Below the pieces are notes generated by a model. It ran no database searches, was not told the origin of the DNA, and worked only from the letters and a program-made list of their open reading frames with translations. Both the position numbers and the translations under genes were made by a program. DNA of 31,033 nucleotides from a virus (taxonomy: Duplodnaviria > Caudoviricetes): IMG/VR virus record IMGVR_UViG_3300022923_001696, positions 1-31,033 of that record. One strand, given 5' to 3'. How positions within the stretch are numbered: the first letter of the stretch is position 1; each line of letters begins with the position of its first letter. Shown piece by piece: positions 17,062-27,157 of the stretch.

Positions 17062-19773
17062 TTAAAATCTGTACTTCAATGAAGCATTCCAAGTTCTTCC
17101 AAAACCAAACCATACAGAGTTATTAACATCTACACCATTCCAAGTTTGAGAACCTGCAGTAGCGTGAATGTTAGTTTCTGATTCTGCGATGTATGTAGTA
17201 TCAAGAACGTTGTTTACGTTTACTCTTAATGAAGTATTGTTACCAAATAATTTGAAGTTGGTAGTTACCCCAGCATCTACTAATCCGAAAGATGGAAGTT
17301 TTACTGCTCCAGCGTTATCTGGTGTTTTGAATACATCATCAACGATGTTGTAATCTGCGTATAATTCATCTACGAATCTGTAAGATACATCAAAGTTAGT
17401 TCCACCAATTCTATAATCTGCAGATAAGTTTGCTGTTAATTGTGCAGCATCACCTACTTTAGCATCTTTTAGATAAAGTGTACCTTCACCAACTACATTT
17501 TGATTTGCATCAAATAATGTTGATGTGAAATCCTTAGTGTATCTCCAATCACCAACTGATAACATACCTCTAAACTTCAAATTAGAAGTTGGGCGGTAAG
17601 TTCCTTCGAATTCAATACCATTGTGTTGTACATCAATGTTTCTGAATTGTGCAGTACCTTGGTCACCTTGTGCTCCGAATAATGAAGTAGTGATAAATCT
17701 ATTACCCCATGAAGTAGCATATGCATTTACATTGAAAGATACTTTCTTACCAACAAAACCATATCCCAATTCTACTGAAGTGATTTCTTCGTTTTGAATA
17801 TCATCATTGATAACATTTGCATAGTTAGGGAATACTGCTCCAAATTGTGGTTGACGAGAAATCTTACCAACATTAAAGAATACGTTTGATACTTCATTAA
17901 GGTTGTAGTTAGCACCACCTTTGATGTATCCACCACCTTGGTTTTGAGTATCTGAAATTGGTAAAGATGGTTGGTCAAAGAAATCTTCTCTTTGGAAAGA
18001 TTGATTTGATAATCCAACTTGTAGAACTGCAGTTAATTTATCATCATCTGCATATTCAACTAAACCATTCACACCTTGCCATCCTACGATACCATTGTTA
18101 TAGTAATCGATTTTTGGTCCACGGATACCAGTATCAGAGAATGGAGATGCTTCAACTAAAGTGTTGATGATTTGACCAGCAGAGTTTTTGTTACCAGTTG
18201 AGTAATAACCATCAAGACCCATTAGGTTGTTCAATACACGATAGTGATATCCTTTGTATTGTCTTAAATCAACTCCAATAGAAGTTCTGAATTTACCAAA
18301 CTGTCCTTCTAAGTTAGAGATTGCTCCAACCCAGTCATGTGAGTTCATCGATGCTCTTCTTACAAGAACTTCACGTGATACTCCATCATCTCTAAATCCA
18401 TTAGAACCAATTAATTGTCCACTATGTCCACTAATAGCACCTGTGTAAGGTTGTGCAGATGATTGGTTGTGAGTAATTGCTGCATCAAAGTTAATGAAAC
18501 CATTTGCATCACGAGTTCCTCTACCACCTTCGGTATAGTGTTCAGTTAAATCTTTGTTGAATGGGAAATAATCAATAGTAGAATTTCTAAAGTTTCCTCC
18601 TCTTGGGCCAGTTCCCCCACCTCTACCTGCTGATGCATATAAAGATGTGTTTAACTTTAAGTTATCTGAAATTTGGTAATCCCAGTTTAAAGTTGCTAAT
18701 GGTTTGTTGTAGAAGTTTCGTCTCATGTTGAATTCTTCACCATTTAAGAAACCTGCATCGGATGACCATCTTCTATCGATACCTTCTTCACCGAAGTTTT
18801 GGTAATCTCTAATAGATACCCACGAAGTTCTTTGGTGGTGCCATTGTGCTGCTCCTAATACAGTTAAGTTAACTGCGTGTTTAGAATCTTCAGGTGCATA
18901 ACCAATTGCTGCAAAGTAAGTAGTTCCTTCACCTTGAGTTCCGTACACATAACCATCTCCACTCCATTTAGAAAGTAAGAATGAGTAAGCCCATCCATTT
19001 TCGTTTTTACCACTATTGTAAGTAACAGCAGTTTTTCGGTAACCATCATTACCAATTGTTTGTGCAACTGAACCACCTTGGGTTTTTTGAGCTGCCTTGG
19101 TAAAAATAGAAACAGTTCCACCAACTGAAGGAACTGCTAATCGTGATGCACCCAATCCTCTTTGGATTTGGATACCACTTGCAACATCTGTCAATCCTTG
19201 CCAGTTAGACCAATACACCCAACCGTTTTCCATATCATTGACAGGTTGTCCGTTGATAAGGAATGAAGTGTTTCTTTGGTCAAAACCTCTAAGTGAGATA
19301 CGAGAATCCCCATATCCACCACCTTGTTTGGTAGCATAGACACCAGGTGTTGAGTTCATAACTTCTGGGAATTCTAAGTTACCTACTTTCAATGCAATTT
19401 CACTTGCGGTGATTGTAGATACGGCAACGGGAGTTTCCCTTACCTTAGCAACATCAATTACACCAGATGTAAGGATAACCTCATCTAATGTTTCTGCCGA
19501 TAGTACCAATTGTACCAAAATTCCTTCTTTTGCAGTAACTTCTTGTGTCAAGTATCCAAGATACGAGATTACAAGTGTGTTTCCTGCCGTTGCTGAATCA
19601 ATAGTAAAGTTTCCATCAAAATCAGTTACAACTCCATCGTTCGTACCTTTGACGACAATGGTTGCACCTGGTAATGGGTCTTTACTATCAACATCAACCA
19701 CTTTCCCACTAATCTGTGCGAAAGTCATAAATGATGATAACATCATTAAACCAACTAATAATAGTTTTTTCAT
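17062..19773 (-). CDS. TonB-dependent outer-membrane receptor (CarboxypepD_reg-like N-domain, plug, beta-barrel)
   Basis: Signal MTFA|Q, ISGKVVD...PLPGATIVVKG...TDFDGNF, LDEVIL TonB-box-like segment, plug SLRGF...LING, terminal GRTWNASLKYRF. Confidence 0.93.
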   Translation of the reverse strand: MKKLLLVGLMMLSSFMTFAQISGKVVDVDSKDPLPGATIVVKGTNDGVVTDFDGNFTIDSATAGNTLVISYLGYLTQEVTAKEGILVQLVLSAETLDEVILTSGVIDVAKVRETPVAVSTITASEIALKVGNLEFPEVMNSTPGVYATKQGGGYGDSRISLRGFDQRNTSFLINGQPVNDMENGWVYWSNWQGLTDVASGIQIQRGLGASRLAVPSVGGTVSIFTKAAQKTQGGSVAQTIGNDGYRKTAVTYNSGKNENGWAYSFLLSKWSGDGYVYGTQGEGTTYFAAIGYAPEDSKHAVNLTVLGAAQWHHQRTSWVSIRDYQNFGEEGIDRRWSSDAGFLNGEEFNMRRNFYNKPLATLNWDYQISDNLKLNTSLYASAGRGGGTGPRGGNFRNSTIDYFPFNKDLTEHYTEGGRGTRDANGFINFDAAITHNQSSAQPYTGAISGHSGQLIGSNGFRDDGVSREVLVRRASMNSHDWVGAISNLEGQFGKFRTSIGVDLRQYKGYHYRVLNNLMGLDGYYSTGNKNSAGQIINTLVEASPFSDTGIRGPKIDYYNNGIVGWQGVNGLVEYADDDKLTAVLQVGLSNQSFQREDFFDQPSLPISDTQNQGGGYIKGGANYNLNEVSNVFFNVGKISRQPQFGAVFPNYANVINDDIQNEEITSVELGYGFVGKKVSFNVNAYATSWGNRFITTSLFGAQGDQGTAQFRNIDVQHNGIEFEGTYRPTSNLKFRGMLSVGDWRYTKDFTSTLFDANQNVVGEGTLYLKDAKVGDAAQLTANLSADYRIGGTNFDVSYRFVDELYADYNIVDDVFKTPDNAGAVKLPSFGLVDAGVTTNFKLFGNNTSLRVNVNNVLDTTYIAESETNIHATAGSQTWNGVDVNNSVWFGFGRTWNASLKYRF

Positions 19774-19842
19774 AATTTTAATTTAAAATTAATTAATATA
19801 ACTTAGGGTATCCCTTGTCACAGATATTCCCTCTTTAATTTA

Positions 19843-20142
19843 CTATCCGATAATACCGATTATTTCGTGTTCTCTAAATAGTAAATACTCTTCACCTTCC
19901 AATTTAAGTTTATCTGAAGATTCATCTTTTTTGTAAAGAATAGTATCTCCAACTTTAACTGTCATTGGAATGGGTTGACCTGATTGTGAAAATACTCCAC
20001 CACCAACGGCAACAACTTTACCTTGAACTTTCGCTCCTCGTTGTACCGAATCAGTTAGTATTAAACCAGTCTTTGATTTCTTTTCGATAGTTTCGGATTT
20101 TACCAAAACTCTATCACCTAATGGTTGAAATTTAATTTCCAT
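19843..20142 (-). CDS. groES: Co-chaperonin GroES
   Basis: FQPLGDRVLVK, GLIL mobile loop, GKVVAVG, VKVGD. Confidence 0.93.
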   Translation of the reverse strand: MEIKFQPLGDRVLVKSETIEKKSKTGLILTDSVQRGAKVQGKVVAVGGGVFSQSGQPIPMTVKVGDTILYKKDESSDKLKLEGEEYLLFREHEIIGIIG

Positions 20143-20254
20143 TGTTTTCTAATTTATCGTTTGTTGTTGTTTGTGTAAATTGTATATTGGGATTACCCAC
20201 TATGGTTGAGGTATATAAGTTTGAATTCATATACTCTTTTAATGAAATTATCAT
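20132..20254 (-). CDS. Unannotated 40-aa small ORF
   Basis: MIISLKEYMNSNLYTSTIVGNPNIQFTQTTTNDKLENNGN. ATGA overlap with the clamp-loader stop; its own stop overlaps the groES start region. Confidence 0.45.
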   Translation of the reverse strand: MIISLKEYMNSNLYTSTIVGNPNIQFTQTTTNDKLENNGN

Positions 20255-21195
20255 AATGCAACTATTTGAATGATACAACTCATAAAGGTTATTTCTTTAT
20301 CTACCACCAAAGCATCTTTACTTTGTGATTCTGAAAGGATTAAGATTATATTAGAGGTATTACTACCACCATACTCATCCACCTTTTCGTAAAGATAACT
20401 ATACATCTCCGAAAAATCTTGAACTCTAGCATCTGCAATGGCCTGTCTAATAGTTTTCCATTTGTTAGGTTTAGCATCATTAGATTTAAGAATTTCGACT
20501 ATCTTACTCTTAATATCTGAATCAGTTACCGAGTTAGTATCGAGTTTTAATACACCCTTTGATGAGTTTAACTGACAAGTATTGATAATCTTACGAATAT
20601 CAGGATAACCAGCATCAATGATAGGTACCAAATCCTTTGGTTCAAATCTAACTAATTCCTTGGTAAGAATCTGTGAAATCTGAATTGCAACATCTTTCTT
20701 TGTTGGTGGTACAATCTGAAATTCTTGAGTTCTACTTCTAATTGGTGAGATTACTTTCTCTACATAATTACAAGTTAAGATAAACCTACAATGTTTGGAA
20801 AATGTTTCCATCAAGTTACGAAGGATTGCCTGTGCATTTGGTGTCATGTAATCAAACTCATCAAGAATAACAATTTTTGAATCCTTGAAACCAATCGTAG
20901 ATGCAAAGTTCTTTACCTTGTTTCTAACTGTATCAACATTATTCTCATCAGATGCATTGATAATGATATAATCACAATTGATTGAATTAACAATCAGTTT
21001 TGCCAAAGTAGTTTTACCAGTACCTGCTTTACCAAAGAATAGTAAATGGGGAACCTCACCATTTTTCAAGTAATCACTTACTTTATCTTTTAGGTGGTCA
21101 TTCCCCACGTATTCTTGTAAATTACGAGGTCTGTATTTTTCTACCCAAAGGGTATTATTAACTTGTTCGTTTGTACTATCTTCGAAAAAGGCCAT
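20251..21195 (-). CDS. Clamp-loader large subunit (RFC/gp44-like AAA+ ATPase)
   Basis: LWVEKYRP, GKAGTGKTT, INASD, ILDEFD, SRT (SRC-type), GYPDIRK. Confidence 0.92.
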   Translation of the reverse strand: MAFFEDSTNEQVNNTLWVEKYRPRNLQEYVGNDHLKDKVSDYLKNGEVPHLLFFGKAGTGKTTLAKLIVNSINCDYIIINASDENNVDTVRNKVKNFASTIGFKDSKIVILDEFDYMTPNAQAILRNLMETFSKHCRFILTCNYVEKVISPIRSRTQEFQIVPPTKKDVAIQISQILTKELVRFEPKDLVPIIDAGYPDIRKIINTCQLNSSKGVLKLDTNSVTDSDIKSKIVEILKSNDAKPNKWKTIRQAIADARVQDFSEMYSYLYEKVDEYGGSNTSNIILILSESQSKDALVVDKEITFMSCIIQIVAL

Positions 21196-21416
21196 TATAC
21201 TCCTGAGTTTTTTACATCTTTAAGAAAATCTACTAACTGTTCCATTTTAGTTATAATAGATTGTTTTTTATTTTCATCAATACCACGAGTTTCCGAATTA
21301 TTGATTTCTTTAATTAAATCTTGAATAGACGATGCAGCCACTAATAACCCATCATCTTTAGAATTTAGATATGCATCTGAAATCCTATATTTTGTACATA
21401 CATCTTGTAATCTCAT
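21195..21416 (-). CDS. Hypothetical helical protein
   Basis: 73-aa ORF tightly packed in the operon. Confidence 0.6.
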   Translation of the reverse strand: MRLQDVCTKYRISDAYLNSKDDGLLVAASSIQDLIKEINNSETRGIDENKKQSIITKMEQLVDFLKDVKNSGV

Positions 21417-21417
21417 C

Positions 21418-22659
21418 TTATTTATTTGTTTTATTGACTAAAGTCATATTATAATTGTTTACACCTGGTTTAATATCGATACCCTCTTTTAATTTGAGTG
21501 GTTGTGTAAATAACTTGGTGTATGCTATGTGATGATGGGGTCTACCATCCTTGTGTCTATTATTTGTAAAAGTAACAATATCTCCCCAATTTTGTTTAAG
21601 TTCATCAAACTTTTTCTGCAATCCACTCCATTTACCATCTTTTTCTTCTTTACCGAGTTCATAAATGGTATCAGTATTACCACCCTTCATACTACCAGTT
21701 GTTTGCTTACCAGATAAAAGTGAATTAAAGTTTATAGTACATAAATCACCAGTGGATAAAACACGTAGTGTCAAATCAGTATCTTCATTATACCGACCTC
21801 GCCATCTTTCTTCTAATCTAACATCAAGTAATTTTGTATTAATAAGAATACATGAATAAGTTCGTGTATTTCGTATATAAGCACTTCTACCTCGGTCAAT
21901 AGATGGAACGAATGATGCATACTGACATGATGTTAATCCAACATTCTCATATCTATCACTAAAATCTTCCATTATTCTAAAAAACACACCATCTTTGACT
22001 TCTTTCTGAACATTTTGATTCCATCTAAAAAATCCTTTAATGTTATCATCAATAATCCAATGTTTGTCAAATCCTCTGTCAATTGAATGTTGCCATACAA
22101 AGTTACGAACTGGAATACCACCTTGTTTTCTTTCAGAAAAGTTCTCAGGTAATTTAATTAGTTTATTGGAATCAATATTTGGGTTTGCCGAATAATTATC
22201 ATATTCACTTGGTTCAACACAAATTCTGAAATCAACATTCATACTCTCCAACGTATCGATTGTCAGAGTCTTTTCCCACCTACCTTTGGTAATCACATAG
22301 ATAGGGTACTTTGGTGATATTGGCTCACTAAACTCATACTCAGTATCTTTCAAAGGATGTTCATCCATTTCATAGTGAATATAATTTAGAATAGTTGGTT
22401 TACGGTCAAATGCCTTAAAGAAAACTTCTCTTTCTTTTTCGTTATTTAACTTGACATCAAATACAGCACGTTCATCCATCCACTTAGACCACTCAAACTC
22501 GGGCATACCAATCCATTCACTATCATCAAGTGGTTCTGGTTTGGCATAATTCTTTACTTCCTTCCAAGTTAAATAAGTGTCTATGAATTTATTATCTCCT
22601 ACCTTAATAGAATTTAATATTTGAATTACTTTTTCTCTGTTATTTGTATGTACTTTCAT
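21418..22659 (-). CDS. TET-associated/GREB1-like GT-A glycosyltransferase (putative DNA-base glycosyltransferase) with an extra N-terminal domain
   Basis: YPIYVITKGR, VEPSEY, RNFVW, HWIIDDNI, YSCIL, WRGRYNEDTDL, MKGGNTD. The N-terminal ~110 aa carry EWIGMPEF. Confidence 0.7.
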   Translation of the reverse strand: MKVHTNNREKVIQILNSIKVGDNKFIDTYLTWKEVKNYAKPEPLDDSEWIGMPEFEWSKWMDERAVFDVKLNNEKEREVFFKAFDRKPTILNYIHYEMDEHPLKDTEYEFSEPISPKYPIYVITKGRWEKTLTIDTLESMNVDFRICVEPSEYDNYSANPNIDSNKLIKLPENFSERKQGGIPVRNFVWQHSIDRGFDKHWIIDDNIKGFFRWNQNVQKEVKDGVFFRIMEDFSDRYENVGLTSCQYASFVPSIDRGRSAYIRNTRTYSCILINTKLLDVRLEERWRGRYNEDTDLTLRVLSTGDLCTINFNSLLSGKQTTGSMKGGNTDTIYELGKEEKDGKWSGLQKKFDELKQNWGDIVTFTNNRHKDGRPHHHIAYTKLFTQPLKLKEGIDIKPGVNNYNMTLVNKTNK

Positions 22660-23333
22660 TAAAACGGTTTATTCTCTTCAAAAGTTTTATATTCACCAGA
22701 TTCAACTCTACAAGACATATGGTCTGCCCAATGAATGATATACGGTAATTCTGTTTTCAGTTCACCACCCTCTGAATAATTAATAAAGTATTTTTTGGTT
22801 GCCTCGTTATACAAACCATCAGCCATTTTAATAGCTAACATTTCATTTTGAGAATACTTGATACCATATTGGTTTAATAACCAAAGTGCTCTATCAGTTA
22901 CATCCATATAATACAATTCTTGGTTTATTTTAAATACCGAGTTTTGATTTTTACGATGCCATTCTGATTGCTCTGGTACATAATGTGGTTTCTCACCATC
23001 ACCAAGTTTACCCAAATCATGGTGGAGGGCAGCAAAGAATAGTTCTTCATCGGTAAAATTAATTCTACCTCCTTGGTCTGCAAATAACTTTTTCATATTA
23101 AATGCATTCCTACAAACATTCATCACATGGTCTACATACCCCCCAACATAAGCAGAGTGAAAGTGTAGTTTTCCACTAGCAGGAGCAAACATTAACTCCT
23201 CACCTAATTCACCTTCAGAATACATATGGAGTAATTTCTCCAATCTATCTTCGTTATTGGCAAATACCTTTTTTACAAAATCAATAAACTTAATATAGTT
23301 TTCTTGAAGTTTCTCTGCTGTATATTCTTTCAT
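22659..23333 (-). CDS. HD-domain phosphohydrolase (YhaM-like)
   Basis: APAS...HSAYVGGYVDH, LHHDLGK, IHWAD. Confidence 0.85.
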   Translation of the reverse strand: MKEYTAEKLQENYIKFIDFVKKVFANNEDRLEKLLHMYSEGELGEELMFAPASGKLHFHSAYVGGYVDHVMNVCRNAFNMKKLFADQGGRINFTDEELFFAALHHDLGKLGDGEKPHYVPEQSEWHRKNQNSVFKINQELYYMDVTDRALWLLNQYGIKYSQNEMLAIKMADGLYNEATKKYFINYSEGGELKTELPYIIHWADHMSCRVESGEYKTFEENKPF

Positions 23334-23339
23334 GATTTA

Positions 23340-24053
23340 TTAAGATGCAATTTCTACTAAGTAGTAATTTGATTCATATTTATCAACTTCAAAGTGGATA
23401 TGCGATAATCCTTGAGATGATATTTTTAATGTAGCATCTGAAGCCTCTTTGTTAGCAACTAAGATTTCTTTCAAATAAGTTGCAGAGAATGATATTGGGT
23501 CAACATCACCTTGACATGTTGCATCTACGTCAATAGAAATTCTGTTAGTATTGATATTAGAATAACCTAATATAATTTGAGATTTACCATCTTTACATAC
23601 GAATGTGAAGTTGTTCTCATCTGCCAATGCACCTTTTGCTCTAATGAATTTAGAAATAAAGTTTACATCTAACTTGATTTCAGTAGTAAATTCTGGTAAT
23701 TGTTTCAAATCTGGTACATTTGGTATAACAGATAAGTCTGCTAACATATAGTTTACCGAAGTTGAACCATCTTTGAATTTCAAAGATACTGCTTTACCAT
23801 CAATATCTTGAATTGAGAAATCTACATCACTATCAAGGATTGATAACATTTTTGTAAGTTTGGTAGTATCATATACACCAAATGTTGCATCAGTGCCATC
23901 AAACTCTTTCATAGTTACATTACCCAATACCGATTTATCATCAGATATGAATGAGGTTGTTAGTGAACCTTCTTTAGATTCCCATTTAACAGATTCTACC
24001 AAACCTGCAAGGTTGTATTTAGATACGAACCGATTTAATTGTTGTTTTTCCAT
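23340..24053 (-). CDS. Sliding clamp (gp45/PCNA-like processivity factor)
   Basis: 237 aa with a two-domain helix/strand pattern, FGVYD..KL, terminal NYYLVE; lies between polymerase and clamp loader. Confidence 0.75.
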   Translation of the reverse strand: MEKQQLNRFVSKYNLAGLVESVKWESKEGSLTTSFISDDKSVLGNVTMKEFDGTDATFGVYDTTKLTKMLSILDSDVDFSIQDIDGKAVSLKFKDGSTSVNYMLADLSVIPNVPDLKQLPEFTTEIKLDVNFISKFIRAKGALADENNFTFVCKDGKSQIILGYSNINTNRISIDVDATCQGDVDPISFSATYLKEILVANKEASDATLKISSQGLSHIHFEVDKYESNYYLVEIAS

Positions 24054-24087
24054 AATTTAAATTTAATATAACTTTTACTTGTTGATA

Positions 24088-24119
24088 CAAAGATACGAAA
24101 ACTTATCAGAGTATCCAAA
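24088..24119 (-). promoter_or_regulatory. Bacteroidota housekeeping-sigma promoter for the clamp operon
   Basis: TTTG-gatactctgataagttttcg-TATCTTTG (20-nt spacer). Confidence 0.8.
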
Positions 24120-24134
24120 TCTTTTTGTGTTTTT

Positions 24135-25775
<1,641 letters not shown>

Positions 25776-25796
25776 TTATTATGTGTTTATAGTATG

Positions 25797-25838
25797 TTCA
25801 ATATCGGTACCACAAATGGTAGTACTGACACATTGTCA
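25797..25838 (-). promoter_or_regulatory. Candidate sigma54-like element and palindrome upstream of groEL
   Basis: Minus strand TGGTAC-CGATA-TTGAA (GG-N10-GA) at 25797-25812; palindrome TGACA-N3-TGTCA at 25826-25838. Confidence 0.35.
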
Positions 25839-25840
25839 TA

Positions 25841-25872
25841 CAAAGATACAAAATCTTTTTGGATTGTCCAAA
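25841..25872 (-). promoter_or_regulatory. Bacteroidota housekeeping-sigma promoter upstream of groEL
   Basis: TTTG-gacaatccaaaaagattttg-TATCTTTG (20-nt spacer). Confidence 0.8.
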
Positions 25873-27129
25873 TTAAAAGGAGAAAAACTTATTAACAGTT
25901 TCTTTAACTTCTTTTTTAACTTCGGTTCGTGTTTTAGTTTCTTCGTTATATGGATTATCTATTTCATATTGGATTCTCGCAGTTGCAATTTCCATATATT
26001 CTTCTTCTCTTTCAATACCTACGAAATCAAACCCACCTCTAATGGCAGCTTTACCCGTTGAACCACTACCCATAAAAGGGTCTAAAGTAGTTCCACCTTT
26101 TGGAGTTACTAATCTGATTAAGTATAACATCAAATCAGTTGGTTTAACTGTTGGATGATTGTTTTTACTTACACCTACTTGATTATGGTTGTGTCTTTCT
26201 TCCCTACCCTTGTCTTTATTTGCATTAAAATCAGTATTACCTCGTTTTAGTTCTGCTTTTGCTTGATTACCTGCTGCATAGTATTTATCCTCCAAATGTT
26301 CTAATCCTTCGTTTCTATCAGTTTTAGAAGTTTTTGGACAATAGAAGAAACGAGATGCACCACCTTCACTTTGTTCATCCAAGATTTTACCTGCTTCTTC
26401 ATCAAAGATTATGTTTGCAGGAAATCTGCCTTCGTTTGTGTAATACTCTTTACTACTCTCTTTTTTATCGCCATTATTCCAAGAATAAGTTTCACTTGCA
26501 GATGAACCTACATGATGCGCAGAAATCTTTTCTGTTCCAACTCTTGATGCATCTATATTTATTCCACCTATTCCCCATTCTAAAACATTATTAACTACCG
26601 TTTTTTCGCTGAGTGGTTTTCGTGCCATTACGATTGGCTCGTGTGCTGGTTTAAGAGCAGTTCCCCAACCTTTCCATTCATTCATTATTTCTCTGTATTC
26701 ATACTCACCTCTGTCTGTATTAAGAGGATTCCAACCACTTTTTTGCCCAATGTCTGATGATGTAACTTTGCGTGTACCAATGACATCCCCCTCAACACCA
26801 CGTGTCTTATCAACTGCTTTACCTATATTGAGTGATTTTGGAAACCCACTACCATATATCCACATGATTTGGTCTCTAATCTCAAATCCAGCATCTTCTA
26901 CTCTAACTGCCATTCTATGATAAGTTCTACTTCCAGCGAATGATAAAAGATGGCCACCTGGTTTTAGAACCCTATAACAATCTTCCCATATTTCTTGTGA
27001 AGGAACATCATAATCCCACTTTTTACCCATGAAACTTAATCCATACGGTGGGTCTGTGACAATACTATCTACACTATTGTCTTTTAATTCTTTTAATTTA
27101 TCTAAACAATCTCCTAATAATAATCTCAT
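25873..27129 (-). CDS. Beta-class N6A/N4C DNA methyltransferase (copy 2)
   Basis: IVTDPPY motif IV near the N-terminus, HPTVKP, LDPFMGSGSTG motif I near the C-terminus; tail KETVNKFFSF. Confidence 0.93.
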   Translation of the reverse strand: MRLLLGDCLDKLKELKDNSVDSIVTDPPYGLSFMGKKWDYDVPSQEIWEDCYRVLKPGGHLLSFAGSRTYHRMAVRVEDAGFEIRDQIMWIYGSGFPKSLNIGKAVDKTRGVEGDVIGTRKVTSSDIGQKSGWNPLNTDRGEYEYREIMNEWKGWGTALKPAHEPIVMARKPLSEKTVVNNVLEWGIGGINIDASRVGTEKISAHHVGSSASETYSWNNGDKKESSKEYYTNEGRFPANIIFDEEAGKILDEQSEGGASRFFYCPKTSKTDRNEGLEHLEDKYYAAGNQAKAELKRGNTDFNANKDKGREERHNHNQVGVSKNNHPTVKPTDLMLYLIRLVTPKGGTTLDPFMGSGSTGKAAIRGGFDFVGIEREEEYMEIATARIQYEIDNPYNEETKTRTEVKKEVKETVNKFFSF

Positions 27130-27157
27130 ATAACTTTATTTAAAAACTAAAAAACTT
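27106..27157. repeat. ~52-bp direct repeat, copy A (MTase1/MTase2 junction)
   Basis: acaatctcctaataataatctcatataactttatttaaaaactaaaaaactt; 2 mismatches and 1 indel relative to 28460-28512. Confidence 0.85.

Noticed and set aside
3209-19773. Bacterial chromosome (capsule/LPS locus plus TonB receptor)
   Set aside because: T4-like polymerase, clamp and loader, split groEL/groES and absence of wzx/wzy/ABC export genes favour a large phage. No capsid gene is in the window, so this remains inference.
19801-19835. Weak hairpin upstream of the TonB receptor as a riboswitch
   Set aside because: Gap is only ~70 nt and shows no cobalamin, TPP or other aptamer core.
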